Source: Eledone cirrhosa (taxonomy: Eukaryota). From it: DNA of 64,000 nucleotides. The notes under the pieces were generated by a model. The model made no database searches and was not told where the DNA came from. It was given only the letters and a program-made list of their open reading frames with translations. Positions 1-13,868 of this stretch are shown here, piece after piece. The translations under genes and the position numbers were made by a program. Numbering within the stretch: position 1 is the stretch's first letter; every line of letters starts with the position of its first letter. The stretch lies in contig OZ024740.1 in NCBI GenBank assembly GCA_964016885.1, forward strand, positions 102,424,001-102,488,000, given 5' to 3'.

Positions 1-206
1 CATATATATACATGTATGCATATATATAGATATATGCATATATATATATATATACATATTGGAGGAAACAATTGTAAGCAAATAAATGATTTAAACTGAA
101 CTTTGATTCATGTAATTTCTCTATATATATATATATATGTATATATGCATATATATATATATATATACGTATATATGCATATATATATATATACATATAT
201 ATATAT

Positions 207-240
<34 letters not shown>

Positions 241-453
241 AAATGCATATATATATATGTATGCATATATATAGATATATGCATATATATATATATACAT
301 ATTGGAGGAAACAATTGTAAGCAAATAAATGATTTAAACTGAACTTTGATTCATGTAATTTCTATATATATATATGTATATATGCATATATATATATACG
401 TATATATGCATATATATATATGTATATATGCATATATATATACGTATATATGC

Positions 454-498
<45 letters not shown>

Positions 499-665
499 CG
501 TATATATATGCATATATATATATATATACGTATATATGCATATATATATATATACATACATATATATATATGCATATATATATATATGCATATATATATA
601 TGCATATATATATATATGTATGTATATATATATATGTATATATGCATATATATATATATTATATA
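1..665. repeat. Compound (TA)n microsatellite containing two copies of a 62-bp unique segment (59-120 and 302-363)
   Basis: TA/CA/TG dinucleotide tract; TTGGAGGAAACAATTGTAAGC...GTAATTTCT recurs 243 bp apart. Confidence 0.95.
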
Positions 666-786
666 ACGGAGGAGTTGTGGTAAGGAACCAGATGGACCAT
701 AGCGCATCAGAGTACTCAATACTTAGGGTAGTAGAGTGGGTAATAGGAGAAAGTATGACCGTTGAAACGAGCTCTACCGTCGAACA
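666..786 (-). mobile_element. Penelope-like element 3' tail with collapsed inverted repeat; same family as 60910-61118
   Basis: Near-identical to 60915-61000 (GTGGTAAGGAAC...GAGTACTCAATACTTAGGGTAGTAGAGTG); abuts (TA)n; retains fragments CCGTTGAAACG and GAGCTCTACCGTC of the arm. Confidence 0.6.
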
Positions 787-982
787 TGGTAAAAAGTTCC
801 CAGTTCCACACTGTAAATGTGGTTGGTGTTAGGAAGGGCATCGAGCCGTAGAAAACCTGCCAGATAGTCCTATATGAGCGAGACACGGTCACCCGACCAA
901 CCTTGCCTCAAGTGGGACAACTCCCATCTAACCCCATGCTAGCATGGAAGATGGACGTTAAACGAAGATGATGATGATGATG
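787..982 (+). mobile_element. SINE 3' part with RTE-like tail and (GAT)n end
   Basis: GGTTGGTGTTAGGAAGGGCATC...GCATGGAAGATGGACGTTAAAC(GAT)n; many copies in the window. Confidence 0.8.
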
Positions 983-1070
983 ATATATATACATATATGT
1001 CCATATATATATATACGTATATATATATATATATATACATATATATACATATATATACATATATATGTAC

Positions 1071-1118
<48 letters not shown>

Positions 1119-1293
1119 GTATATATGTATATATATATGTATATATGCATATATATATATATACGTATATATGCATATATAAATATATATACGTATATAT
1201 ATATACAAGTATATATGCATATATATACATATATATATGCATATATATATATATATACACGTATATATGCATATATATATATACACGTATATA

Positions 1294-1350
<57 letters not shown>

Positions 1351-1383
1351 ATATGCATATATATATATATATATATATATACA
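983..1383. repeat. Compound (TA)n microsatellite
   Basis: Direct reading. Confidence 0.95.
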
Positions 1384-1384
1384 C

Positions 1385-1800
1385 ATCATCATCATCGTCA
1401 TTTAATGTCTATCTTCCACGCTAGCATGGGTTTAGACAGGAGTTGTCCCACGTGACGCAAGATTGGTTGTCTTGCTCATATAGGACTGTCTGGTGGGTTT
1501 TCTACGGCTGGATGCCCTTCCTAACACCAACCACATTTACAGTGTGGACTGGGAGATTTTTACCGTGTTACCTACACGGCCACATTACAGCGTGGACTGT
1601 GTGTTTTTTGCCGTGACACCTACACGACCTCATTTATTTAGGACTGGATGTTGTGGCACCTACATAACTTGTGTAGATGGGGGTGGGGGTAAGGGTAGTG
1701 GGGTGGGGCTGTATTTTTGGTTAGGAGGAGCCTACTGACTAGGTTTCGCTTTGTACTTAGGCAAGGCGGGTCTTCTGTATTACTGCGTAGCACCAACGAT
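1385..1800 (-). mobile_element. SINE or non-autonomous RTE-derived element with (GAT)n tail
   Basis: Reverse complement of the 787-982 family; largely matches 24235-24585 in opposite orientation. Confidence 0.8.
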
Positions 1801-1806
1801 TTTGTA

Positions 1807-1851
<45 letters not shown>

Positions 1852-1852
1852 G

Positions 1853-1885
<33 letters not shown>

Positions 1886-3934
1886 ATATGCATATATATA
1901 TATACACGTATATATGCATATATATATATATATGTATATATACACGTATATAAGCATATATTTATATATACACGTATATATGCACATAAATATATATACA
2001 CGTATATATGCATATATATATATGCATATATATATATATGTATATGCATAGATATACATATATATATACATATGTATGCATATATATACATATAACACAT
2101 ACACACACACACCCATATATATATACACACACGTAATATCAGATTATTCAAAAAAAAACAAAGATTGCAATATGCAAGAAAAATTCACACAACCATACAT
2201 ATGGGGAAAATTGGTCAGTATGTATAGATTACATGGTAGAAAATATACAAGAGGAGTGAAAAAAAATACTGACATGAATGCCAAAACTCCTTTCATCAAC
2301 TATCGACTGGACAACATCATGATTTAAAAACCTTTCTATATATGTAACTGAATAACTTTGTTGCTAGGAGAATAGAAAAAAAATGGTATACAATTGGACA
2401 ATATAAACGTTTTAACTGTATATTATTGAAAAATATAAGTTTCATATAAATTTCATTTATCATTATTAACATTAAAAATTAACCCCAAAAGGATGAAAGA
2501 CAAAATTGACCTTGGCAAAGGATACGACCATTATTTCTAGCATAGGCTCATGGCCAGAAATTCTGGGAGGAGTTAATTAATGAAATCAACCTCAGTACTT
2601 GATTGGCTTTTTATTTTTTATTTTTTTCATTTTTTTCATTCACCCTAGAAGAATGAAAAGCAAAGTGGATAATAATAATAATGATAATGATGATGATAAT
2701 AATAATAATAATGGGTAAAAAAAAAAATATATATATATGTATACATATGGTTTTTCTCCATCGAGTCCGTAAATATACTTTTTGTCTGGTTTTCCTAGAA
2801 CTCATCAAAGCACTTATGATTGTGATTGGTTTCTATTGGTACTTGATTTTTAAATTAAAAAAGAAAAACCTCATCAATATTATATACCACTTTAATGTCT
2901 CTTTTATTATTATTTAATTGCAAACATAGCAGACATATTTTAAATATGTTTTCCTGTATTCATATTAGGTCTGTGAATATCCCTCTGTAATTTCTCTCTC
3001 ACTTTCTCTCTCTCTGTCACTCTCTCTCCCTATCTATCTATCTCGTTTAGAAGCTGATACATAGTCAAATTTAAAAAAAAGGAAAATATGCGATGTGTCT
3101 TTGTGAATGCTTCTTAAAAAAATACAATTTTTTTAATTAAATTAAATTGTCTGTAAATAGAAAATTGTATATTTTTCATATCTGGATTCAACAAAAACCA
3201 CAACAAAAAATAAGATAAAAAGATAAGTAAATAACTCTAATGCAATAATGTGGAGATCTTTACAAAAATAAAAACAGAAAAAAAATATTTACGAAAATAC
3301 AGTCTTTTTTCGTTTATTATTATTATTATTATTTTTTTTTTTTTGGTATGTTTTAGACGTATTTGCATTATAAATGTAATTCGTTTAACAATCAGCATTA
3401 TTCCAAAGAAAATGTGATGTGGCATGACTGGGTGTGGTGTAGCATGGTAAAACCAACCAGTGAAGCTCCCTCTCAGCTAGCTTAGCTTGTAATCGCAGTT
3501 TCAATCCTCAGTTACAATCACTTCACTTCTAATTTGTTTGGTTGAGTTCACTTCAGTGTACTTATACAACTAAAGTGACTTTGAGAAAGGCATCAAAGTC
3601 ACAAGGACGCATTTCTCCCCAATCCCCTATTCAAATAAAATGAGTGCTTAACTGCTATTCAGTATTAAAAATATGTTTGGCAACAACAAAAAGAGGATGA
3701 TGATAATGATAATAATAGTAATAATGATAATAATAATGCTTTTTTTTATTATTGGCCACAAGGGCCGAACATAGAGGACAATACAAAGATGGGGACAATG
3801 AGCGTTTACATGCAATCAAGTAAAAAAAATTAATGAAATGATTAACAAAAACAATATCAACAGAATTCCCTAATAGGGGGGAAATGACGTTAGGAACCCC
3901 ACAAATCCCAACCCACCCTCTAATAGTAATAATA

Positions 3935-4200
3935 ATGTACCCCCACAGATGACCTTATATTCATGGAAATAATCTAAATATAAAAATCAAGAGATAGAAA
4001 TACCTTGAAAGTGTATGATGAAAATAGAAACAATACCTATAAAAATAGGTGCTCTTGGAAGGATAAAAAACACACAGACCGATACATAATCGAAACCCCA
4101 GAATTTACATACATATACATCATACAGAATATACCCCTAATAGGTACTGCACACATATATTTCGACGCGTACTCTCAATACAATAGAAATAACAACATCG
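3935..4200 (+). pseudogene. Degraded R4/Dong-type restriction-like endonuclease C-terminal fragment
   Basis: Residual peptide IIQNIPLIGTAHI resembles the QK.ALLGTA.IL end of the elements at 17.7-18.7 kb; follows TAA repeats. Confidence 0.55.
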
Positions 4201-5577
4201 AAAACAACACTGCTTGGTAATGCAGTAACAATGCATAATAAAAATAATATGAATGATTTCTAATATAGGCAAAAGAAGAGAAATTTGGAGATGAGGGAAA
4301 AGTCGATTATATCAACTCCAGTACTTGACTAATAATAGTTTTATTTCACATAATTTAAAGAGGTAAAAACAGAGAAAAATTTTACAAAATACAAATTCTT
4401 AAAATATACTTATCGATATAAGCAACAAAAAGTTGTAATTTGTTATGTAAGCAGTTTTAAAATAATGTTGGGTTTTTTTTATTTTCCATTACATACTTTA
4501 ATATTTTTCAAAATACAACAATATTTTGAAGAAAAAACATAAAAAAAATAAAAAGTTAATATTCACCTCTGTTTATATATGGTTTGTGTTTCGAATATTA
4601 TTGTTGTACAAACGGTGTATTGAGAGCAGGCACATTTTGAGGTAGAAATTGTGCATCATATACACCAGAAAATATGGTATTCATTACAAGCTTTATGTAT
4701 ATAATATTTCTGGGAGAAAATATTTGAAATATATTCAAGTTTTGAAAATATTTCAAGTTTTTATGAAAATATTATAAAATTTCTTTTGCTTTTCAAGGAA
4801 TGAAACAGTAAATTCTGAAATTGAAATTGTATAGCTATACGAATATCAACTTTTTACCATTTTTTGCAGCAAACACATTTTAAAGTATCATTAAAGGGTG
4901 GTATATCAAATAAATGTTCATTGGGGTAAAGGTTGGAAAAATGAAATAACGACAACAACAATAACAATAACAATAATAATAATAATGATAATAATAATGT
5001 CTAATTAAAGCACAAGGCCAGCAAAGGGGAAAAATTGATTATATCGGCCCAGGTCTTTACTGGTACTTTATTCTATTCACTTTGGCAGGATTTGAAATCA
5101 GAATGTAAAGAGCCAGAACAAATACTGCTAACATCAGGGTGGAACACCTGCAGAAAATAAAATTAATTGGAACTGGAGAAGTGCTTGAAAAGTGATATCT
5201 CTATTCCGTTACCAGCTTTAGATGCTGAAGACTCTGCAGTAATAATAATTATGGTTTCTTTCATTGGCCACAAAGGTCCAAGACATTGGGTTCAGAGACA
5301 TGACAACACAACACTAAGTGAGGTTTAAAAAAAGTAAAGGAAAAGAGATGTCGCCAAAGTGAAAACATTAGGAATAACAATAATTGAAATTGTGATAAAT
5401 ATTGTGAACAATAAAAAAGAAAGAAAACAATAACAAATGTCAACAAAAATAAGTTGCCCAATAGTAGGGGACTGCACTTTAAAGTAATTCCAAGGAGAAA
5501 CCCTACACAAAGCCCTAGATTACTTTAACTCATAGGCATTTACAGTGCCCTCCCCCAGTTTCCTTCTGCCTATCTAA

Positions 5578-5798
5578 CCCTTTAGCATTTAAACCAGCTA
5601 TATCTGTCCAGAATTCTCTCACCTCTTTCTGTTCAAACTGGCCATAAGTGGCCACTCATACTGACGTTAAGGTATTGTTCTCAAAATAAATAAAATCAAA
5701 ATCTCAGAGATTTGGTATTATGAGAAATAATTATGTGAGGTAAAGCCTTTACTGCAAAAATATGATAGTAAATATAGAGTAATGAAAATGCTAAAGGG
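5578..5798. mobile_element. piggyBac-like MITE
   Basis: 13-bp TIR CCCTTTAGCATTT / AAATGCTAAAGGG; flanks CTAA and TTAA; same family as 61228-61436. Confidence 0.7.
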
Positions 5799-5849
5799 TT
5801 AAAAAAGCATAGTCAAATTAGGTTCATTCAGCCATGTCAATCTCACTGC

Positions 5850-6745
5850 TCTCACCCCTCTTTCATAAAATACACTAGAAGACAACACTTCCCTCTCTAC
5901 CCTCATATTCCTCCTCAAGTGGAACTTGATACTTTGACCAGAAAGGAAAGTTCCTATCTTAATCATTTAAGATGAATCCACCATACAGCTTCCTTTGCCA
6001 TAGCTACCAGACTAAAAGAAGATGGTGGTTCAATCTTCACTATAGACCCGGCTGATAGCTGGATCTGTCCTACACATGCTAGCAATTCTTCAACATAAAC
6101 CCATAACTTCTGCAATGCACAGGCACTGTTTCAATAGCATGCAGGATGGTTTCATCCCCCTGTGTGCATCATGGACAGGTTTAGCTGCTGCCACTTCCGA
6201 GCATGTAGCTTGTCTTGAATTGGTTGTGCCCCTCTGTATCACTGCCAAGCCAAGGATATTTGTAAATTGCCCAAAATCCCAGACTTGAAAATCCTCCAAA
6301 AGAATATGTTTAGACTATCCTTGTAAACATCTAGAGCCACTCTAAGACAATTAGTACTCATACCTTCCAGTAACCTTCTATAGTGAGCATAACTCCACTA
6401 ACCATCTAATAGTGCTCAATCCTTCCACTAACCCTCTGTAGAATGCAAGTGTTGTTCTCTGGTTACATATTGCTTTGTTCAGCTGATAAAATATGTGGTC
6501 AGGTGTTTACTGGAGCATGGTACAATGGACAGGCAGTAGCATACCACCAAAGCAATGTTAGTATTTGAGGGACAGTTCTCTCTCTACCAATTTCTAAGTG
6601 AGATTGGCTACTTTGCTTGTGATTTTTTCCCAGTTCTTGTCTACCTGGCAGTCTGGTTGAAACCAGATTCCAAACACAAGGTCATTGGTCCAGTGGTAGA
6701 AATTTTAACTGGCCAGCATGGTCAGGCCTTTTCCTATACCAATTA
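5850..6745 (-). pseudogene. Degraded Tx1/L1-like LINE ORF2 remnant (post-RT region)
   Basis: Minus-strand translation near 6570-6680 gives GIWFQPDCQVDKNWEKITSKVANLT*KLVERELSLK, resembling the G.WF...NW...W..R.LSL.G segment of L1/Tx1 ORF2; stops present; boundaries approximate. Confidence 0.6.
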
Positions 6746-7200
6746 ACAACAACAACAACAACAAAAATAATAATAATTTTCCATTGACCACTATCATATA
6801 TATATTAATATATCAAAGCTACAATCAGAAATACATTCAGCACCACAAAACAATGTCAATTATTTTTATTAACAAAAACCTTTCCTTTTAAAAAAGAGAA
6901 AAAAAAAGAAGAAAAAAACATGGGTCATTTGCTTGAACTGGACATAAAAGTCAAGGGCTTGTCCCTTCTATGTCATGCCACATAATCATTTCAATATATA
7001 AGATTTTGGGGGCGTTTTCAATCTGCTTTTTTATATATATATTTTCTTTTTCTTTTGTAATTTGTTATTTTTTACTTGAAATTTATGGCTGTGATTTTTA
7101 GTTTGCAGTGTTTTGATAAATTGCAATAAAATATTACACACACACATATAAATATGTGTGTGTGTGAGCATGTATATGTGTGTATGTGTAAATATACATA

Positions 7201-7267
<67 letters not shown>

Positions 7268-8098
7268 TATATATATATAAGTATATATATATACTATATA
7301 TATAGTATATATATATACTATATATATATATATATATATATGCATGAGAGAAAAAGATCAATTGTCAACATAATAAACCAATGCAGTGAAATTTCTATAA
7401 AAATAAATACAAAAAGAAAATACAATTCAGTTTGAAAAAGTGTAGAAAATTACAATAGCCTAACGCAGTTATCACATTGTATACTATTGTATTCACATTT
7501 ACACACCATTTTTTTACACTTTCCTACACAAACACATGCACACCATAGATATTGTAATGTAGTTATTTGAAGTGCCCTTTCAAAAGTGACTTAAACAAAT
7601 CAAGTTTTTTGTAAATAATTATACGGTATCAATAATTCACTTTGTTGGTAAAATTCTCCTTATATACTTCCAGTAAATTTTCTAACTATCCATCTGTCTG
7701 CCTGATTGTCTGTCTGCCTATCTATCTACCAAGCTAATAGAACAAAAGAGACAAACAAAAAGGGAAAAAAAAATGGTTTAAACCAAATTAGTCATTCTCA
7801 AAAATATTTTATTTTCTAAATATTGTTTTATATCATTGCAAAGAATCAAACACTCATATTGTTTACATAACTGTAGATAGATAGTGGATCTGAATAAAGA
7901 ATAAAGCATAAAGTATACAATGCAGAAAGAGAAGACATGTTTGAAAAGGAATATTTATTTATGGGTGTCTTTCAAAGCATTTGAACATTTAAATGTTGAT
8001 AGTCCAAGTTTCCTACAAAAGTGGTTGACTTGCAAGAAACATGTATGAATCAGGTTTTCATTTTAAAACACACTGGGATAAGTATGTGTGTGGGTATG

Positions 8099-8143
<45 letters not shown>

Positions 8144-8466
8144 ATAGGCAGAGTAATTAGAACTTTGGATAGGATATTTTGTGGTATTCATTCCAAGTCT
8201 CCTCACTCTCTGAATTCAAATCCCTCTAAGGACAACTTTGCCTTTCATCGCATCAAGGCTGATAAAAAAGTACTAATCCAGTATTAGGGTTCATTCTTCC
8301 TCCATATCTCTTTCTCACTTCCTCTCTCCTTCTCTCCCTACTTCCTTGGAAGAAATTGTCTGTATTCTGACCTGGGGAAGGGATGGGCCTGCTAGGTTTT
8401 AAATGCCCAAGATATGCTGTATGTCCTGACTGCACCCTTACAATTCCATCAGCAATTGTGGGGTCC

Positions 8467-8541
<75 letters not shown>

Positions 8542-8543
8542 TA

Positions 8544-8619
8544 ACAGATTAAAGTTTAAGCAAAGAATCGCTGCTTTCACCCTTAACGGGATCTTCTGAA
8601 ACTAAAAAAGTCAATCTGT
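8544..8619 (-). ncRNA. Type I hammerhead ribozyme (U4A core), inverted copy
   Basis: Reverse complement of 9378-9453, with loop II GTTAA and one stem III mismatch. Confidence 0.65.
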
Positions 8620-9377
8620 GAACGCAGAAGTAAATATTTCAAAAAGCGTTTCAACCGAAAGAAGACAGGAAGACGATACTTTGGTTCGTGGAAACGTTCC
8701 CTGGCAAAGAACGGAAAAAACGAAGATAATACGTCATTATTACACACACATATATATATATATTTTTTAATATATATATTTTTATGTGTATTTGGTGTAT
8801 ACGTTCGTATGTGTGCGGGTACAGGCGTTGCGTGGGTTCTGTATGTGCGTGCGTGGTTTTTTTTGTGTGCGTGCTTGTATTTGCATACCCATGGCGAGTG
8901 TTTTCGCGTATGCTTGTGTATGTACGTATATGGATGCGTGTATGTATATATTTAATTTCAATTACCTCTGTATTTTATTTACTTTATTCTTAACTCTGAA
9001 GCCGAGAATCATTCGGTTTCCTAAATAGAATTTTAGTCTACGACTTCAGTTATACCATTTACGTGGTTTTGTCTTTGCGTGTAATTGTTCTCACCGCTCC
9101 TCATAATGACGTATTATCTTCGTTTTTTTCGTTCATTACCAGAGAACGTCACCATGAACCACCTAATAGAATATTAGTCTACGACTTCATTTACACCATA
9201 AACGTGGTTTTGACTTTGCATGTAATTGTTCCCCCCCCCCCCCCCCCGCACCAAATAATGACGTATTATCTTCGTTTTTTTTCCGTTCTTTGCCAGGGAA
9301 CGTTTCCACGAACCAAAGTATCGTCTTCCTGTCTTCCTTCGGTTGCAACGTTTTTTGAAATATTTACTTCTGCGTTC

Positions 9378-9453
9378 ACAGATTGACTTTTTTAGTTTCA
9401 GAAGATCCCATTAAGGGTGAAAGCAGAGATTCTTTGCTTAAACTTTAATCTGT
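9378..9453 (+). ncRNA. Type I hammerhead ribozyme (core CAGAAGA/GAAA, predicted cleavage after CUU at 9439)
   Basis: Stem I ACAGATTGA-[CTTTTTT bulge]-AGTTT pairs with AAACT-TTAATCTGT; stem II CCC-ATTAA-GGG; stem III AGCAGAG-ATT-CTTTGCT. Confidence 0.7.
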
Positions 9454-9557
9454 TATTTTAATAAATATTTGCTCTACGGTTCTTATATATCTGATATATA
9501 TTTATCCTTATCGAGCCCTCTTTGGATTTTAGTCTTCAAATTTATTATTACTATTAT

Positions 9558-9591
<34 letters not shown>

Positions 9592-9811
9592 ACACCCAGT
9601 ACACATCTGTATTTGTAGTATGTAGCACCTGTATATGTTTGAGCCATAAAGTAAACAGTTAACATACTCAAAGTTGGGGGTTGTCCACTATATCTCTTGG
9701 TCAGCTGCACATAATCTGCCAATGCATACAGTCAACAAAAAGTAGTGAACAAAATTTGTGTATATATTGCTATTTACTTTTCATATAACAAAATTACACA
9801 TACACACACAG

Positions 9812-10160
9812 ACATCATCATCGTTTTTATGTCCACTTTTCCACACTTGCATCAGTTACAGTGTTCCCTCTCAGCATGGTATCACTCCACGTGTCACAAC
9901 CATTTCCTATCGCCTCTGTGAGCCTCAGTGATTTGAGGTCATCTCTCACATCCTCTGCCCAGGTCTTTCTTGGTCTACCTCTACTGCGACTTCTTTCCAG
10001 TGGCATTTCCTGGCACTTCACCCAGCAATCATTGTTCATGCACATCACATGTCGAAATGAACGGAGACTTTTCTCCTGCACACCACCTCAGATTCCTCTT
10101 AAACCTAGCTTCTCCTTCAATTCGTCCAAGCTCTGCCTCTCTCACACACTTACATTACAG
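9812..10160 (-). pseudogene. RTE-clade LINE 3' end remnant
   Basis: ORF 9827-10081 has HVMCM..DCWVK...RSRGRPRKTW...VRDDLK.LRLT, typical of the RTE C-terminus, followed by a GTGGAAAAGTGGAC...(GAT)n tail like that of the SINEs. Confidence 0.8.
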
Positions 10161-10167
10161 ATATATG

Positions 10168-10201
<34 letters not shown>

Positions 10202-10533
10202 CGATATTGACAAATGGAAACTATATTTATAAAACCATATTTATTTCATTATACATATTTCAAGGACACCAAGTTAAATTATGGTGTGCTTTCATCAGAT
10301 AAAATATAATATAGAGCAGTTTTATAAATAAATATTGACATACCCTTAAAGAATGCAACCATTACTGTTTAAATAGAACTTTTGCATATATATATATATA
10401 TATATATTTTATTTTGTTCTTCATATTGGGTATTGTTTCCTCATATTTAGATGGATTAATGTGCATTTCATTCATTATGTATGTATATTTGTATGTATGT
10501 GTGTGTGTACATGCATGCGTGTGTGTATGTGCA

Positions 10534-10566
<33 letters not shown>

Positions 10567-10568
<2 letters not shown>

Positions 10569-11250
10569 CATTATCATCATCACCATTTAACATTCATTTT
10601 TCCATGATTACATGGGTTAGACAGGTTGCCCACATCATGAGAAATGTCTAGCCAGTTGGCCACGACATATTTTGCTCAGACAGAACTGTAATTTGGCTGA
10701 GATTTTTACAGCTGAATGCCCTCCCTAACACCAACCACATTTACAGTGTGGAACTGGGTGGCTCTGTTATGAGGAGGGACTGGCCAGTCGGCTGCACCAA
10801 TCCTTACACATAGCAGAGCCGTTTTACTGGGTAGTCCTGTTATGAGCCACGTTTGGCTAGATGGCTGCACCATACCTTGCACAATATCAGGACTGTTACT
10901 GTATTTTGCGATCTATGTGGTCACATTATGAGGGAAGTTGGCCAGTTGGCTGCACCAAACCTTACACATAGTGGAGCCCTGGATGGGGCCGTTATATATA
11001 TATCATCATCGTTTAATGTCCATTTTCCATGCTAGCATGAGTTAGATGTGCTGTCCCATTGTAAGACAGCGTGGTAGGAGGACCATGCTTTGCTCACACA
11101 GAACTGATTTTAGCTTGGTTTCTACAGCTGGATGCCCTTCCTAACACCAACCACATTTACAGCGTGTACTGGGTGCTTTTTGTGACACCTACACAACCAT
11201 TTTACAATGTGGACTGGGCGTTTTTATCATGACTCCTACATGACTGCTTT
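10567..11250 (-). mobile_element. Two adjacent copies of the (GAT)n-tailed SINE family (about 10567-11000 and 11003-11250)
   Basis: (CAT)n CGTTTAATGTCCATTTTCCATGCTAGCATG...GGATGCCCTTCCTAACACCAACC motif occurs twice. Confidence 0.75.
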
Positions 11251-11253
11251 ATG

Positions 11254-11307
<54 letters not shown>

Positions 11308-11857
11308 TGCATGCATCTGTATGTCCTAAACTCTAAGAGTAGCATTGACCTAAAAAGATAAAGTAAGCCAAATATACCAGAGAAATATTGTATTGCAGCA
11401 CCAATCTCCAGTGTAGGGTAATGGCTGGTTACGGAATTTTTTATTTGATAACTAAGTTCCCTTATGCTATAAATTGTTTCACCAACTTCAACAGAGACAT
11501 ATATACTAGTGAAGAGAGATGCAAAAACATATCTTAGCTGAGGTTATTTTTATTGATAATCAAATTCAGGATTTTGTGGTAACTTTCTTGTGACTTTGAT
11601 TGATACCATAATCAAGCATAAAAAGCAAACTTTATTGAGTATTGCATCAAAGTCAACATTTTTATTATATTGCTGTATAGTTAAGATGTGTTGTGTGTAT
11701 ATGTTGAAGCACAAATTCAATATGAGATACTAATTTCTATATAACTCACTGCAATATATATTCATACATTTCTATTTTATACTGTTTAAATTTGAAATAA
11801 ATTTGTTCAAAGCTCATTTCAAACCCACTATTCTTGATCTTGCATGCACACACTTGC

Positions 11858-11974
<117 letters not shown>

Positions 11975-13421
11975 TGTAACTGGATGAAGGCAGGCTGATC
12001 ATGTTTGATTAAATCATCACAGTGTGCCTCACTAATTAACAATATCAGGCATTCGAATAGCATTCATATAATCACTGGTGTCCTGCATCAGGGGTTGTGG
12101 CTAACAAGTTTCTTAATGTCCTCAACTCACATAAAATTACAGGGTGATTGATACTGGACTTTCTCTGGAGCAAACCCTTTCTTGTTATTTCGCTTTCTAA
12201 TATTTGATAAATACTTCTGTAGAATTAACTGAAGACTCATATCACCTTCTAGAAATACATCATTTAATTATAACTATTAACCAAAAATGATATATAATTA
12301 TCTCATCTTCTATGAGTTTTATATAGTACATGGTTTAAAAACAACAATCTATAAAATCTCTAACAGTACAGATATAATTTTTTTGATTGCAATCCTCCGA
12401 GGGAAAAAAACACCAACACTTAATAATTTGCATGTCACAGATTGATCTTGGTTTCAAATGGAATATGGTTTAGATGTTTTTCTAGTTTCTGCTATCTTGT
12501 AGAATATTCAATGCTCATGATGAATATTGTACACAATGAAAACACTCAGTGGTCAAGACTCTTCTGTTAAAAGACTTCAATTTTATCAATAAGCTCAAAC
12601 TGTGACATTCATTTTAATAGGCAACTTCACTTATCAATTGATTTCTACGCTTCATCACAAAATGTAAATTTTGATCAATTAAAAAAGTAGTATGAATGAT
12701 TTTGTTTGTATTTCAACATAACTGTTTATGCAGGCAGAACCTCTTAAGTTGACTACAGAAGTTAGCACAAGATAGTGTGTCAAAAAGGTAAAGTTAGACA
12801 TACTGAAAAAAATAGTTACAGAAAGATTACAAGGGGTTCATAAATCAAAATTATTTCCTCTGAGTTACTATGTCATGCAGTAGATGTTGTGATGAGCCTT
12901 TTCTAGAATAATAAAACAACATATATTATAAATACTTATTATAAATTAGTATGTGAATAGTTACTATAATGGACCTTAAGAATGGACACGGAAATCAGAA
13001 TTTTTTTATTTTTGAGTAGTTGGAAACATAATACGTTCAGTATTCAATACCTTCATTCTTTAATAATTACAGTTATATTTCTATACAGACTATATCCCCC
13101 TGATATGGTTTAGAAAACCATTTAAATTCTGTAACGTAATGGTTTTGCTGTTGGAAAAAAATCAAACCATTGCTTGTTGCAGAAATGTATCTAAGTGGAG
13201 CTCACTTCTTTTTATTCTGACTGTCATTATTCTTTTTAAACACTTCTTCCTTCGTTATCAATGTGAAATTTGAAAGCATGATAGAACAGAAGATTACAAT
13301 AATGAAAGTCTTACAGAGTGGGAGTAGTCAATTTAAGAACCTTTCACTTTTCTACCTATCAATTCTTAAGATCAATCTACACTCTGTGTGGCTTCATGTG
13401 TATGTAATGAGCTGCTTCTAA

Positions 13422-13868
13422 TCATCATCATCATCATCACCGTTTTACGTCCGTTCTTCCACGCTAGCATGGGTTAGACGGGTTGTCCTGTTGTGGGCAG
13501 TGTCTGGTCGGCTAACCTTGTCTTGCTCATATGGGAACTGATTCTGGCTTGATTTCTACAGCTGGATGCCCTTCCTAACACCAACCTCATTTTATAGTGA
13601 GTACTGGGTGCTTTTTTTCCATGGCGCCTACACGTCCACTTTACAGTGTGGGCTGGGTGCTTTTTTGCTGTGGCACCTCCATGACTACTTTGCAGTGGAA
13701 TGATATGGACCCCAGTCCTATCATCTCATTTCTACAGCTGAGTAAACTGGAGCAATGTGAAATAAAATGTCTTGCTCAAGGAAACAACACATCACCCGGT
13801 CTAAGAATTGAACTCACAACCTTTTGATTGCAAGCCTAATGCTCTAACCACTAAGCCATGCACCTTCT
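13422..13868 (-). mobile_element. Full-length tRNA-headed SINE with RTE-like (GAT)n tail
   Basis: Minus strand starts GAAGGTGCATGGCTTAGTGGTTAG (Pol III A box) then GAGTTCAATTC (B box); matches 41143-41481 and 44919-45243. Confidence 0.85.

Larger units (their letters stand above)
8534..9560 (+). mobile_element. Fold-back Penelope-like insertion 1: ~208-bp inverted arms (8534-8741 / 9254-9463) plus unpaired 3' tail, inside (TA)n
   Basis: Arms are reverse complements with few substitutions; hammerhead in each arm; tail 9464-9560 runs into (TA)n. Confidence 0.8.

Noticed and set aside
8534-9463. Fold-backs as DNA-transposon MITEs with long TIRs and TA TSD
   Set aside because: A one-sided unpaired tail lies between the arm and (TA)n, arm lengths vary, there is no shared terminal motif, and hammerheads are present; not fully excluded without copy analysis
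12733-12790. AG...GT-bounded exon-like segment
   Set aside because: Stops in all three frames
13800-13868. tRNA genes at A/B-box sites (also 41143, 44919, 30849 and 35777)
   Set aside because: No cloverleaf or acceptor stem; each continues into a SINE body
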